A stretch of DNA of 64,000 nucleotides from positions 1,517 to 65,516 of the forward strand of contig DAOOQE010000003.1 of the NCBI GenBank assembly GCA_035388585.1, in the 5' to 3' direction. The first letter of the stretch is position 1, and each line of letters opens with the position of its first letter. The notes below the pieces were generated by a model. The model had not been told where the DNA came from and made no database searches. It saw only the letters and a list, made by a program, of their open reading frames with translations. The position numbers were made by a program, and so were the translations under genes. This stretch comes from Clostridia bacterium (GTDB lineage: Bacteria; Bacillota; Clostridia; TANB77; CAG-508). This document shows positions 8,511-17,838 of this stretch, piece by piece.

Positions 8511-8550
8511 AAAAAGCAACTAGATTCCTTTAAGAAACTAATTGCTTTTT
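8511..8550 (-). terminator. rho terminator hairpin
   Basis: Arms AAAAAGCAACTAG / CTAATTGCTTTTT (one mismatch). On the - strand the stem is followed by TTTTTTG. Confidence 0.6.
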
Positions 8551-8557
8551 ACTGATT

Positions 8558-9883
8558 CTATTTAAATCTATTTAAATAATCTTCTATATTTCTTAAAAAT
8601 TCCGAATTTGTTTTAGTTTTTATCATTTTAGAAATTAATTCTTCTGTTACTTCTGATACTGGAATGCTATTCATTGCTTTTCTTAAAGCGAATACTGTTT
8701 CCATCTCTTTATTTGTAAGTAATAAATCTTCTCTTCTGGTACCAGACTTATTAATATCGATAGCAGGGAATATTCTTTTTTCTGATAATTTTCTGTCAAG
8801 TACTACTTCCATGTTTCCAGTTCCTTTGAATTCTTCAAATATAACATCATCCATTCTACTTCCTGTTTCGATTAAAGCAGTGGCAAGGATTGTTAAACTT
8901 CCTCCATTTTCAATATTTCTAGCAGCTCCAAAGAATTTTTTTGGTTTATGAAGTGCTGCAGGATCAAATCCACCTGATAAAGTTTTACCTGAAGAAGGGA
9001 TAACTAGATTGTAGGCTCTAGCAAGTCTTGTTATACTATCTAATAAAATGACAACATCTTTACGTTGTTCTGTTAATCTTTTGGCTCTCTCAAGAACCAT
9101 TTCAGCAACTTTTACATGATGATCTGGTATCTCGTCAAAAGTAGAGTATATTACATCACCATTTATTGAACGTTTCATATCTGTAACTTCTTCTGGACGT
9201 TCATCAATAAGTAAAACTATTAATTCAACTTCAGGATTGTTAATTTTTATACTATTTGCTATCTTTTTTAGCAATGTTGTTTTCCCAACTTTTGGTGGTG
9301 CGACAATCATTCCTCTTTGACCTTTACCAATTGGAGAAATTAGATCAATAAGCCTTGTAGAATAGTCAGAAGAAGAAACTTCTAAACGTAATCTTTCATT
9401 TGGATGGATAGGAATTAAATCATCAAATTTAATTCTTCTAAAAGCTTTTTCTGGTGACTCTCCATTAACTTCTCCAACAAAAATTAATGCTGGAAATTTA
9501 TTGTCCCCTTCTGCTGGTATTCTAGCAATTCCTTTTACTTTATCACCCTTGTCCAATCTAAATCTTCTAATTTGAACAGGAGAAATATATACATCTTTTG
9601 GTGTTGATAAATAGTTTGATCCTCTCAAAAAACCATATCCATCAGGTAATACTTCCAAAATACCTTCTACAATCTCATCACCTTCATTAGTTAATTTATA
9701 TCCTTCTGAATAATTGACTGTTTCCTTATTATTTAAGTTTTCAACTATTTCTGTTTCTTTCGGATTATTTAATATTTCTAATTCCTTTGTTAATTCATCT
9801 TTTTTTAATTTAGAAACATTTTTAATTCCTTTATCTTTTGCATATTGACGCAATTCGACTAGTGTAAAATTTTCGAAGTCCAT
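8558..9883 (-). CDS. rho: transcription termination factor Rho
   Basis: 441 aa. N-terminal SAP-like [13 protein letters not shown], Walker [21 protein letters not shown] and the RNA-binding domain. AGGGGG SD. Confidence 0.95.
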   Translation of the reverse strand: MDFENFTLVELRQYAKDKGIKNVSKLKKDELTKELEILNNPKETEIVENLNNKETVNYSEGYKLTNEGDEIVEGILEVLPDGYGFLRGSNYLSTPKDVYISPVQIRRFRLDKGDKVKGIARIPAEGDNKFPALIFVGEVNGESPEKAFRRIKFDDLIPIHPNERLRLEVSSSDYSTRLIDLISPIGKGQRGMIVAPPKVGKTTLLKKIANSIKINNPEVELIVLLIDERPEEVTDMKRSINGDVIYSTFDEIPDHHVKVAEMVLERAKRLTEQRKDVVILLDSITRLARAYNLVIPSSGKTLSGGFDPAALHKPKKFFGAARNIENGGSLTILATALIETGSRMDDVIFEEFKGTGNMEVVLDRKLSEKRIFPAIDINKSGTRREDLLLTNKEMETVFALRKAMNSIPVSEVTEELISKMIKTKTNSEFLRNIEDYLNRFK

Positions 9884-10054
9884 ATTTTGATAAGCCCCCT
9901 TTTATATTTTTTATTTATATCTCTTTTGAAAATTTTTAAGAAATTTTAAAGAATTGATAAAAACCTTTTGATATTAATAAGAGACTAAAAAGCCTCTTTT
10001 GATTGATATTATTTTAATATTTTATAACTAATTCATACTATTTTTAGATTAAAA

Positions 10055-10327
10055 CTATTTACTTACATCTATATAAACTCTCTCGTTAGGCAGGTACATT
10101 CCTAATTTTTCTCTAGCTACATCAGTTATATACTCTGTTGAGTTTAAATTTGATTTTAAATTTATTAAATCTTGATTTTTTTCCTTTGTTTTTGATAATT
10201 CTTCATTATAATACTTTTCCTCATTTTTATATGCATTTAGCGTTTTTTGTTGCACAAATAAAGTATAAATAACGTAAATTAATATTCCAATTACAATTAA
10301 TCTTTTGAATTTAATATTTTTCTTCAT
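10055..10327 (-). CDS. septum formation initiator family protein (FtsB/DivIC-like)
   Basis: Single TM followed by a coiled coil, and a C-terminal YITDVAREKLGMYLPNERVY motif. Start set to the ATG at 10327 (MKKNIKF), preceded by AAGGAG. Confidence 0.7.
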   Translation of the reverse strand: MKKNIKFKRLIVIGILIYVIYTLFVQQKTLNAYKNEEKYYNEELSKTKEKNQDLINLKSNLNSTEYITDVAREKLGMYLPNERVYIDVSK

Positions 10328-10633
10328 AAGTAACTCCTTAAAACCTAATAATAAATTGTCTGGAAACAACCTTTTAAAACATTATAACATATTTTTTTTT
10401 TTATAGCACTACTTTTTTACAATTTTTTCAAAATTAGTAATGGATTAAAATAAATAACATACATTTATAACAAAAAATTACAATTAATATAACACACAAA
10501 TTTTAAAACAATTGTGTCCATATAAACACACCTTCTTTATTATAAATTAAAAATTATATTATAAATAAACAATATAATTCTTAATATTAATATACTATTT
10601 TATATTTTTTTGTTACAAAAAATATAAGAATTA

Positions 10634-11326
10634 TTATCTTCCTAAAGAATAATATACAATAATAGCCATTATAAATAATGCAAATAATGCTATTTTAAGT
10701 ATTCTTTTTATTATCTTAAACTTTTCAAATTTTACTTCTTCTTCAGAAATTCTTTCATCTACTTTAAAATTGTTTATAAACTTATTTGTTTCTTCTGGCG
10801 ATACAAATAAAGTTGAAAAAGATAATTCCTTAATTATTCCATTAGTATCAACATATTTTATAACGATATTATAATCTTTCACTAAATGCAAAAAACTATA
10901 ATCATTATATTTTGAAATATAAATACACTTTATTTTTTCATATGGAAAAAATACTTTTTGAAAGCCAAATGAAATAGTAATTCCTTCTTTAGAACATACA
11001 AATTTGAATGCATTAAAAACAGTAACAATTAAGCAAATTCCAAATAAAAAAAGCAATGTAATAAAAAAAGTAATAATATCATTATACATGGTTGATAATA
11101 ATAGTGCTATAACTATTATACTAGTTATAATTATTATATATTTATTCTCCTTAATGATTTTTTTAGGATTAGAAATAAGAGCTGCATTTTCTGACTCAAT
11201 TCCAATTATTTCATTAAATCTCTTATTTTTATGTAAAATAAATACATCTTTAAATCTCAATTTATCTTTTCTTTTAATATTCTTTTCTAATTTCAAATTA
11301 TCTTTTCTATTATTATTATTTTTCAA
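10634..11326 (-). CDS. hypothetical membrane protein
   Basis: 230 aa. TTG start with AAGAGGT SD. Basic N-terminus, two central TM segments and one C-terminal TM segment. No recognisable motif. Confidence 0.4.
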   Translation of the reverse strand: MKNNNNRKDNLKLEKNIKRKDKLRFKDVFILHKNKRFNEIIGIESENAALISNPKKIIKENKYIIIITSIIVIALLLSTMYNDIITFFITLLFLFGICLIVTVFNAFKFVCSKEGITISFGFQKVFFPYEKIKCIYISKYNDYSFLHLVKDYNIVIKYVDTNGIIKELSFSTLFVSPEETNKFINNFKVDERISEEEVKFEKFKIIKRILKIALFALFIMAIIVYYSLGR

Positions 11327-11343
11327 AATTTACCTCTTTCCAT

Positions 11344-12444
11344 CTAATTAATAGTTTTTAAATAAGCTTCCATAAATTCATTTAGGTCTCCATCCATTAC
11401 ACTTTGAACATTCCCAATTTCAACCCCTGTCCTATGATCTTTTACAAGTGTGTACGGACAAAAAACATATGATCTTATTTGACTTCCCCATGTAATCTCT
11501 TTTTGCTCACCTTTTAGATCTTCAATCTTTTCTTTTTGCTCTTTTTCTTTTAAATCTAATAATTTCGATTTAAGCATCCTCATTGCAGTTTCCTTATTTT
11601 GTAATTGAGAACGTTCAGTTTGGCATGCTACAACTGTATTAGTTGGAATATGAGTTAGTCTTACTGCAGAAGATGTTTTGTTTACATGTTGTCCTCCAGC
11701 TCCTGAAGCTCTGTATGTATCTATTCTTAAATCATCTGAACTTATTTCAATTTCTATATCCTCAGATATTTCTGGCAAAACTTCTATTGAAGCAAAAGAA
11801 GTGTGTCTTCTACCTCCAGAATCAAATGGAGAAATTCTCACTAATCTGTGAACACCTTTCTCACTTTTTAAATAACCATATGCATAATCTCCTTCAACTA
11901 AGAAGGTTACACTTTTAAGCCCTGCTTCATCTCCATCTAAATAATCCAATTCTGTTACTTTATAATTATTTGAATTTGCCCATCTTGTGTACATCCTATA
12001 TAACATCTCTGCCCAATCCTGTGATTCTGTTCCTCCAGCCCCAGGATGTATAGTAATAATTGCATTATTTATATCGTATTTACCTGCTAATAATGTTGTA
12101 ACAGCTAGTTTTTCTATTTTTTTACATAATAAATTCAGACTGCTTTCCAATTCTTTAGCTAGTTCGTTATCATAATCTACTAAAAGTAATTGTGCTAAGT
12201 CCAACAATGAATTTAATAAAGAACTATATTCATTTACTATTTCTATTTTATATTTCATATTTTTAATTTTTTGAAGAATTACTCCTGATTTTTTAGAATC
12301 ACTCCAAAAATCAATCTCTAATGTCTTTTTTTCTAATTCTGCAATTTCTAATTCAATCTTAGGAATACAAAGTGATTCAATTATTATAGCTAATTTTGTT
12401 TTATATTCTGATATTATATTTATAATATTTTCAATTTCTACCAT
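11344..12444 (-). CDS. prfB: peptide chain release factor 2 (no programmed frameshift)
   Basis: 366 aa in one continuous frame. SPF tripeptide (RISPFDS) and GGQ motif (SGAGGQHVNKT). AAAGGGGA SD. Confidence 0.93.
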   Translation of the reverse strand: MVEIENIINIISEYKTKLAIIIESLCIPKIELEIAELEKKTLEIDFWSDSKKSGVILQKIKNMKYKIEIVNEYSSLLNSLLDLAQLLLVDYDNELAKELESSLNLLCKKIEKLAVTTLLAGKYDINNAIITIHPGAGGTESQDWAEMLYRMYTRWANSNNYKVTELDYLDGDEAGLKSVTFLVEGDYAYGYLKSEKGVHRLVRISPFDSGGRRHTSFASIEVLPEISEDIEIEISSDDLRIDTYRASGAGGQHVNKTSSAVRLTHIPTNTVVACQTERSQLQNKETAMRMLKSKLLDLKEKEQKEKIEDLKGEQKEITWGSQIRSYVFCPYTLVKDHRTGVEIGNVQSVMDGDLNEFMEAYLKTIN

Positions 12445-12541
12445 TGTGTTCCCCTTTCAAATTAATTAATTTATTTATTTAATAGTATTATAAATAAATA
12501 AAAAAGTCAATAAATTTTACTGAGAACTCATGAAAAGCAAT

Positions 12542-12563
12542 TAGGGACTTTCACAAGTCCCTT
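12542..12563 (-). terminator. hairpin downstream of the CPBP protease gene
   Basis: AGGGACTT-TCAC-AAGTCCCT. On the - strand it is followed by TAATTGCTTTT. Confidence 0.4.
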
Positions 12564-12672
12564 TGAAAAATAATTATTATTGCTATATATAATGTATTAA
12601 ATTATAATACATATATTAAGGAGGAGAAAAAATGAAAATAAATGAATTTAGTAAAAATATTGAGATTTTTTA

Positions 12673-13338
12673 CTAAAACATAAATATGAGTAAATCCCAA
12701 TACATATGAAGTAATATAGGCAATACCAAATTTTTATTTTTAATAAATATGTAACTAAAAATCAAATTTAAAAATATTACTCCTACAAAACTCAAATTAG
12801 TAAAATTGTTAAAAAAGTCTCCCTTAGAAATCCATATAGGGAAATGAATTGCTAAAAATAGTAATGAATTAATTAAATATGACAATATTTTTTTTTCTTC
12901 TCTATACAGTATATTTAGTAACCATCCTCTAAAAACAATTTCCTCTGTTAATCCAACAAATAAAACAATAATTAATTTATCAATTCCAAAATCATTTGAT
13001 ATATATAATCCTTTATTTACGAAATAAGATCTTACCAATATATACAAAGTAAAAAAAATAAATAATGGCAAATATTTTAATAAATTAATTTTAATATAAA
13101 ACATATATTTAAGTTTAATTTTTACTTCGTTTTTATATCTGACAATTAATATTATAGCTGGAAGTGTCCATATTAAATTTTTTATAATGGCTTCTTTTAT
13201 AAATTGAGCTAAAATACCGTTATTAACTATACGATCTAGATTCTCAAATATAAATAATTCATTAACAGTCCACGCTGTAAAAAAAATTAATATATATATA
13301 ATTACAAATCTTTTACTTATTGTAACTTCATTTTTCAT
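12673..13338 (-). CDS. CPBP family intramembrane glutamic endopeptidase (CAAX/Abi-type)
   Basis: 221 aa, polytopic. Motifs EEIVFRG, FLAIHFP and LHMYWD. Confidence 0.8.
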   Translation of the reverse strand: MKNEVTISKRFVIIYILIFFTAWTVNELFIFENLDRIVNNGILAQFIKEAIIKNLIWTLPAIILIVRYKNEVKIKLKYMFYIKINLLKYLPLFIFFTLYILVRSYFVNKGLYISNDFGIDKLIIVLFVGLTEEIVFRGWLLNILYREEKKILSYLINSLLFLAIHFPIWISKGDFFNNFTNLSFVGVIFLNLIFSYIFIKNKNLVLPILLHMYWDLLIFMF

Positions 13339-13390
13339 ATTTGCTTCTTTCCTATCTTTTATTTAGATATCTTACTTCATATAATTTCCA

Positions 13391-14416
13391 TTAGAAATTA
13401 AAATCAAGATAAACATATTTATCCATTTTATATGACAAATTATCTTGTATAAACTTATTTGCTTGTTCATTAATTTTTGAAATCCTTAATCCATTTAATA
13501 ATGGATCAATATATCTTACCTTTGAACCATGATACACATAATAAACATTTTCCGGCTTATTATCTGATATTAAAACAAATTTTGATTTCCTCCATATGTC
13601 AAAAATATCTTTATAACTAGATTTTTCAATTATATTTATAATATCTGATTCTTTCAATATGTATAAATCTCTTCTATTAATTACACCCTCTTCATTAAGC
13701 TTTTTTAAAATATCTGCGACAAATTGCATTGAATATCTTGTTCTATCTTCTCTATAAATAATAGACAATTTGCTTGTCATCTTTACAAATTCTTTTGCAA
13801 TAAATTCATTTTTAAATCCTAACTCATCCAATCCGTTTTCATCTTTGAATATGATTATATCATTATACATAGTTTCTATTGTGTTAATATCCACTAATTT
13901 ATATGTTAAAAAACCATTTGATAAAGAATACTCCAATCTATCAGCCGAAAGTTGAGGCGTGTCATTATCAGCTATTGAATATAAATGATAATTATCAACT
14001 TCTGTTATATCAATATTATCTCTCTTCAATAATTCCATAATTTCTTTTGATTTCAATATTGTTTCAGTTGTTAAATCTTCAGTGGCTTCTTGTTTCATAT
14101 AATCTCCATCAAGAAAGTCTATACAATGTTTAAATGCTGGTGTTGATATATCATGAAATAAACCAGCTAATGTTTGTTTCTTATCATGAGTAAAATGCCA
14201 TACAATTAATGCTACTGCTATTGAATGATCTAAACTCGAAAAGAAATCCTCACTTTCAAATAAGTCCGAATATATGGTTCCACATGTTACACTTATGTAT
14301 TGTTGAGACAATAATTCTTTTGTGTTTATGTAATCATTTAACCATTCTGGGAAATCAGGCTCTAATATTTTATAGTATTCCATAATCTTTTTATCGATTC
14401 TATCTAAATAATTCAC
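13391..14416 (-). CDS. HD domain-containing hydrolase
   Basis: 341 aa. H...HD motif (DHSIAVALIVWHF...GLFHDISTPAFKH). GTG start with AAGGAG SD. Confidence 0.7.
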   Translation of the reverse strand: MNYLDRIDKKIMEYYKILEPDFPEWLNDYINTKELLSQQYISVTCGTIYSDLFESEDFFSSLDHSIAVALIVWHFTHDKKQTLAGLFHDISTPAFKHCIDFLDGDYMKQEATEDLTTETILKSKEIMELLKRDNIDITEVDNYHLYSIADNDTPQLSADRLEYSLSNGFLTYKLVDINTIETMYNDIIIFKDENGLDELGFKNEFIAKEFVKMTSKLSIIYREDRTRYSMQFVADILKKLNEEGVINRRDLYILKESDIINIIEKSSYKDIFDIWRKSKFVLISDNKPENVYYVYHGSKVRYIDPLLNGLRISKINEQANKFIQDNLSYKMDKYVYLDFNF

Positions 14417-14533
14417 TTTATTACTCCTTTTATAAATTCCATTCTATCCGATTTTTCCATTTTCTTACTCATTTTAAAAATCAATTTCTATCTAAGTAAT
14501 CAATTTCATTTCAATTTATAATGCTTTGAAACA

Positions 14534-14562
14534 AAATACTCGGAGACTATCCCCGAGTATTT
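14534..14562 (-). terminator. secA intrinsic terminator
   Basis: AAATACTCGG-8 nt loop-CCGAGTATTT. On the - strand it is followed by TTTGTTTC. Confidence 0.8.
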
Positions 14563-14656
14563 AATTTAGAAATTATATGGGTATCCCCTTAATTGATTAT
14601 AAATTAAACTTTTTGGATAATTCATTACTATTTTATAGAATTTCTGCTAGTCAAAT

Positions 14657-17419
14657 CTATTTACCGCAACAGTTTTTATATTTTTTTCCTGAACCACATG
14701 TGCAAACATCATTTCTTCCAATTTTTGGTTCGATATTAACTATTGGCTTAGTAACTGCGTCAGGGCTTTTTTTAGGAACTGCATTATCCAAATTTGCTAT
14801 TGCAGTATCTGCAAGACTTGCATTCATAATTTTAACTGTTTCAGTTCTTCTTATATTTTCATTTTTTTGTGTATTCATTATCATTTTCGTAACTTCTAAT
14901 TTGATATTTTCAATCATTGTGTCAAACATATCAAATCCTTCAATTCTATATTGAACAACTGGATCTTTTTGACCATATGCACGAAGTCCTATACCATCTT
15001 TTAATTCGTCCATACTATCAATATGTTCCATCCAATTATTATCTACAACTTTTAACATTATAACTCTTTCAAGTTCTCTCATATCTTCAGATGTAAATTC
15101 TATTTCTTTTTCTTCATATTTCTCATGAACTTTATTTTTTATTTCTTCTATAATTTCTTTTGTATCTAATCTAGCATTTTTAATTGATTCTATAGAATCT
15201 GTAACACCTAGCGTAGTTCTAATGTCTTGACTAAATGATTCCTCAACTATTGTATTATCTTCTGGAGTATATGCTAAAACAAGATTTTCAACTGTTGAAT
15301 CAACCATTTTAAGTATAGTATCTTTTAAGTTTTCTCCATCTAAAACTTGTTTTCTTTGTTTATATATTATTTCTCTTTGAGTATTCATAACATCATCATA
15401 TTGAAGAACATGTTTTCTTGTGCTGAAATGCATTCCCTCTACCCTTTTTTGAGCTGTTTCAACTGCATTAGAAATTATTCTAGATTGAATTGGCATATTC
15501 TCGTCTGCACCTAATGTTTCATATACTCTGTTAATTGTGTCTCCACCAAATATTTTCATCAAATCATCTTCTAAAGCTATATAGAATTTTGATTCTCCTG
15601 GATCACCTTGACGACCTGCACGCCCACGTAACTGATTGTCAATTCTTCTTGATTCATGTCTTTCAGTTCCAAGTATTTTCAAACCACCTGCAGCAATAAC
15701 TTTTTGTTTTTCTTCTTGAATTGCACTAGAATGTTTTTTCTCTAATTCTCTAAATTTTTCCCTTAATGCAAGTACTTCAGCATTATCTGTTTCATTAAAT
15801 GTTATTGCATCATCTATTTGTTCTGGAGTATATTTAAGTTTTTTCATTTCTTGTTTTGCTAAATATTCTGTATTTCCTCCAAGCATAATATCAGTACCAC
15901 GACCTGCCATATTAGTTGCAATTGTAACAGCTCCAAACTTACCTGCTTGTGCAATTATATCTGCTTCTTTCTCATGTTGTTTAGCATTTAATACTTCATG
16001 TTTAATTCCTTCTTTACTTAGCATTTTACTTAATTTTTCTGATTTTTCTATTGATACTGTACCTATTAGAACAGGTTGACCTTTTTCATAACTTTCTTTA
16101 ACCTCTTCTACTATTGCTCTAAATTTTCCTGCTTCATTTTTATATATCGTATCAGAATGATCATTTCTTATCATTGGTTTATTTGTAGGAATTTCTATAA
16201 CATCTAAATTATATATTTCTTCAAATTCAGATTTTTCTGTCATAGCTGTTCCTGTCATTCCAGATAATTTTCCATACATTCTAAAATAATTTTGGAATGT
16301 TATTGTTGCTAATGTTTTTGATTCGTCAGCTATTTTAACTCTTTCTTTTGCTTCAATTGCTTGGTGTAATCCGTTATTATATCTTCTTCCATACATTATA
16401 CGTCCTGTGAATTCATCTACAATTAGAACTTCCCCATCTTTAACTATATAGTCAACATCTTTTTTCATTATTCCATGAGCTCTTAATGCTTGATTAACAT
16501 TATGAACTATTTCTGAATTTTCTATATCATTAAAATTTGATAATCCAAATTCTCTTTCAGCCTTTTGAATTCCTTTTTGTGTAAGAGACGCAGATTTTGC
16601 CTTTAAATCAACTATGTAATCATAATTTTCGTTATCTTCTGATTGAATTTCATCTTTTACATCTTCTTCTATTATTATTTTTGGTGTTAATCTTTTAACA
16701 AAAGAATCTGCTTTACTGTATAAATCTGAAGATTTATTTCCTCTTCCAGAAATAATAAGAGGAGTACGTGCCTCATCTATTAAAATACTGTCAATTTCGT
16801 CTACAATAGCATAATGTAATTCTCTTTGAACTAATTGATTTTTATAAATTACCATATTATCTCTTAGGTAATCAAATCCATATTCATTATTTGTTCCATA
16901 TGTTATATCACATGCATATGCTGCTTGTTTTTGATTGGGTTCCATTCCTGCTAATACTAATCCAATAGAAAGACCTAGGAATTTATATAATTTCCCCATC
17001 ATCTCTCCTTGATATTTTGCAAGATAATCATTTACTGTTATAATGTGAACACCTTTACCAGTTAAGGCATTTAAATATGCTGGAAGTGTTGCAACTAAAG
17101 TCTTTCCTTCACCTGTTTTCATTTCTGCTATTCTACCTTGATGTAGGATAATACCACCTATTAACTGAACATCAAAATGACGTAAACCTAAAACTCTTTT
17201 TGATGCTTCTCTAACAACAGCAAAAGCTTCAGGAAGTATTTCATCTAAAGTTTCACTTTGATTTAATCTATTTTTAAACTCTTCTGTTTTACCTCTTAAT
17301 TCAGAATCTGATAAGTTACCAATTTCCTGCTCTAATGAATTAATTTTTTCTACTAATGTCATAACTCTTTTTACTTCTTTTTCACTGTATGAGCCAAATA
17401 TTTTGTTTAATATTCCCAT
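14657..17419 (-). CDS. secA: preprotein translocase ATPase SecA
   Basis: 920 aa. MKTGEGKTL Walker A, DEAR/DEID helicase-like motifs and a C-terminal zinc finger [15 protein letters not shown]. Confidence 0.97.
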   Translation of the reverse strand: MGILNKIFGSYSEKEVKRVMTLVEKINSLEQEIGNLSDSELRGKTEEFKNRLNQSETLDEILPEAFAVVREASKRVLGLRHFDVQLIGGIILHQGRIAEMKTGEGKTLVATLPAYLNALTGKGVHIITVNDYLAKYQGEMMGKLYKFLGLSIGLVLAGMEPNQKQAAYACDITYGTNNEYGFDYLRDNMVIYKNQLVQRELHYAIVDEIDSILIDEARTPLIISGRGNKSSDLYSKADSFVKRLTPKIIIEEDVKDEIQSEDNENYDYIVDLKAKSASLTQKGIQKAEREFGLSNFNDIENSEIVHNVNQALRAHGIMKKDVDYIVKDGEVLIVDEFTGRIMYGRRYNNGLHQAIEAKERVKIADESKTLATITFQNYFRMYGKLSGMTGTAMTEKSEFEEIYNLDVIEIPTNKPMIRNDHSDTIYKNEAGKFRAIVEEVKESYEKGQPVLIGTVSIEKSEKLSKMLSKEGIKHEVLNAKQHEKEADIIAQAGKFGAVTIATNMAGRGTDIMLGGNTEYLAKQEMKKLKYTPEQIDDAITFNETDNAEVLALREKFRELEKKHSSAIQEEKQKVIAAGGLKILGTERHESRRIDNQLRGRAGRQGDPGESKFYIALEDDLMKIFGGDTINRVYETLGADENMPIQSRIISNAVETAQKRVEGMHFSTRKHVLQYDDVMNTQREIIYKQRKQVLDGENLKDTILKMVDSTVENLVLAYTPEDNTIVEESFSQDIRTTLGVTDSIESIKNARLDTKEIIEEIKNKVHEKYEEKEIEFTSEDMRELERVIMLKVVDNNWMEHIDSMDELKDGIGLRAYGQKDPVVQYRIEGFDMFDTMIENIKLEVTKMIMNTQKNENIRRTETVKIMNASLADTAIANLDNAVPKKSPDAVTKPIVNIEPKIGRNDVCTCGSGKKYKNCCGK

Positions 17420-17540
17420 TTTTTAACTCCTTTTCTCCTGTTTATTTTTTTCTATTAACTCATTGTAATATATCATTAATTATTATTTTTAGCAATAAAT
17501 TTTAACATAAAATTGGAAAAAAATGTATTTTATCATTATA

Positions 17541-17616
17541 TTTTGACTAATATTATTTACTCACGAATATTTCTATATATTTTGATTAAAATTATTTACT
17601 TACGAATATTTCTATT
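17541..17616. repeat. 39-bp imperfect tandem repeat (2 copies) upstream of secA
   Basis: TTTTGACTAATATTATTTACTCACGAATATTTCTATA / TTTTGATTAAAATTATTTACTTACGAATATTTCTATT. Confidence 0.8.
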
Positions 17617-17701
17617 TGATAAAAATCAAACAAAAATAATAGCAATAATAACAAATCTGATAAAAATAATCAAAACGATAAAACTGTAAATAATTTATTT
17701 A

Positions 17702-17742
17702 GGGACATTAATAATTGTAAGTTTTGCAATTATCAATGTCCC
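17702..17742 (-). terminator. 16-bp hairpin downstream of uvrA
   Basis: GGGACATTAATAATTG-9 nt loop-CAATTATCAATGTCCC (one mismatch). The flanks are A/T-rich but there is no clean U-tract. Confidence 0.45.
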
Positions 17743-17838
17743 AACATCTTATATTTATATTAAAAATTTGAATTTGTAATTTTTTTTTGAAAATAAATAT
17801 TAAAAATTTTAATATTTTAAATATTAAACTTTAAACAT

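Noticed and set aside
11344-12444. Programmed +1 frameshift site in prfB (CUU UGA C type).
   Set aside because: The 366-codon frame is continuous from an SD-preceded ATG through the region where the shift normally occurs (...IIIESLCIPKIELEIAELEKK...). This RF2 gene is not frameshifted.
14577-14954. 125-aa + strand ORF overlapping the secA 3-prime end. Similar track ORFs lie inside uvrA, ispG, hisS, rnr, mutS, miaB, fba and others.
   Set aside because: All are embedded antisense or out of frame within strongly supported conserved genes, and they lack ribosome-binding sites and recognisable motifs.
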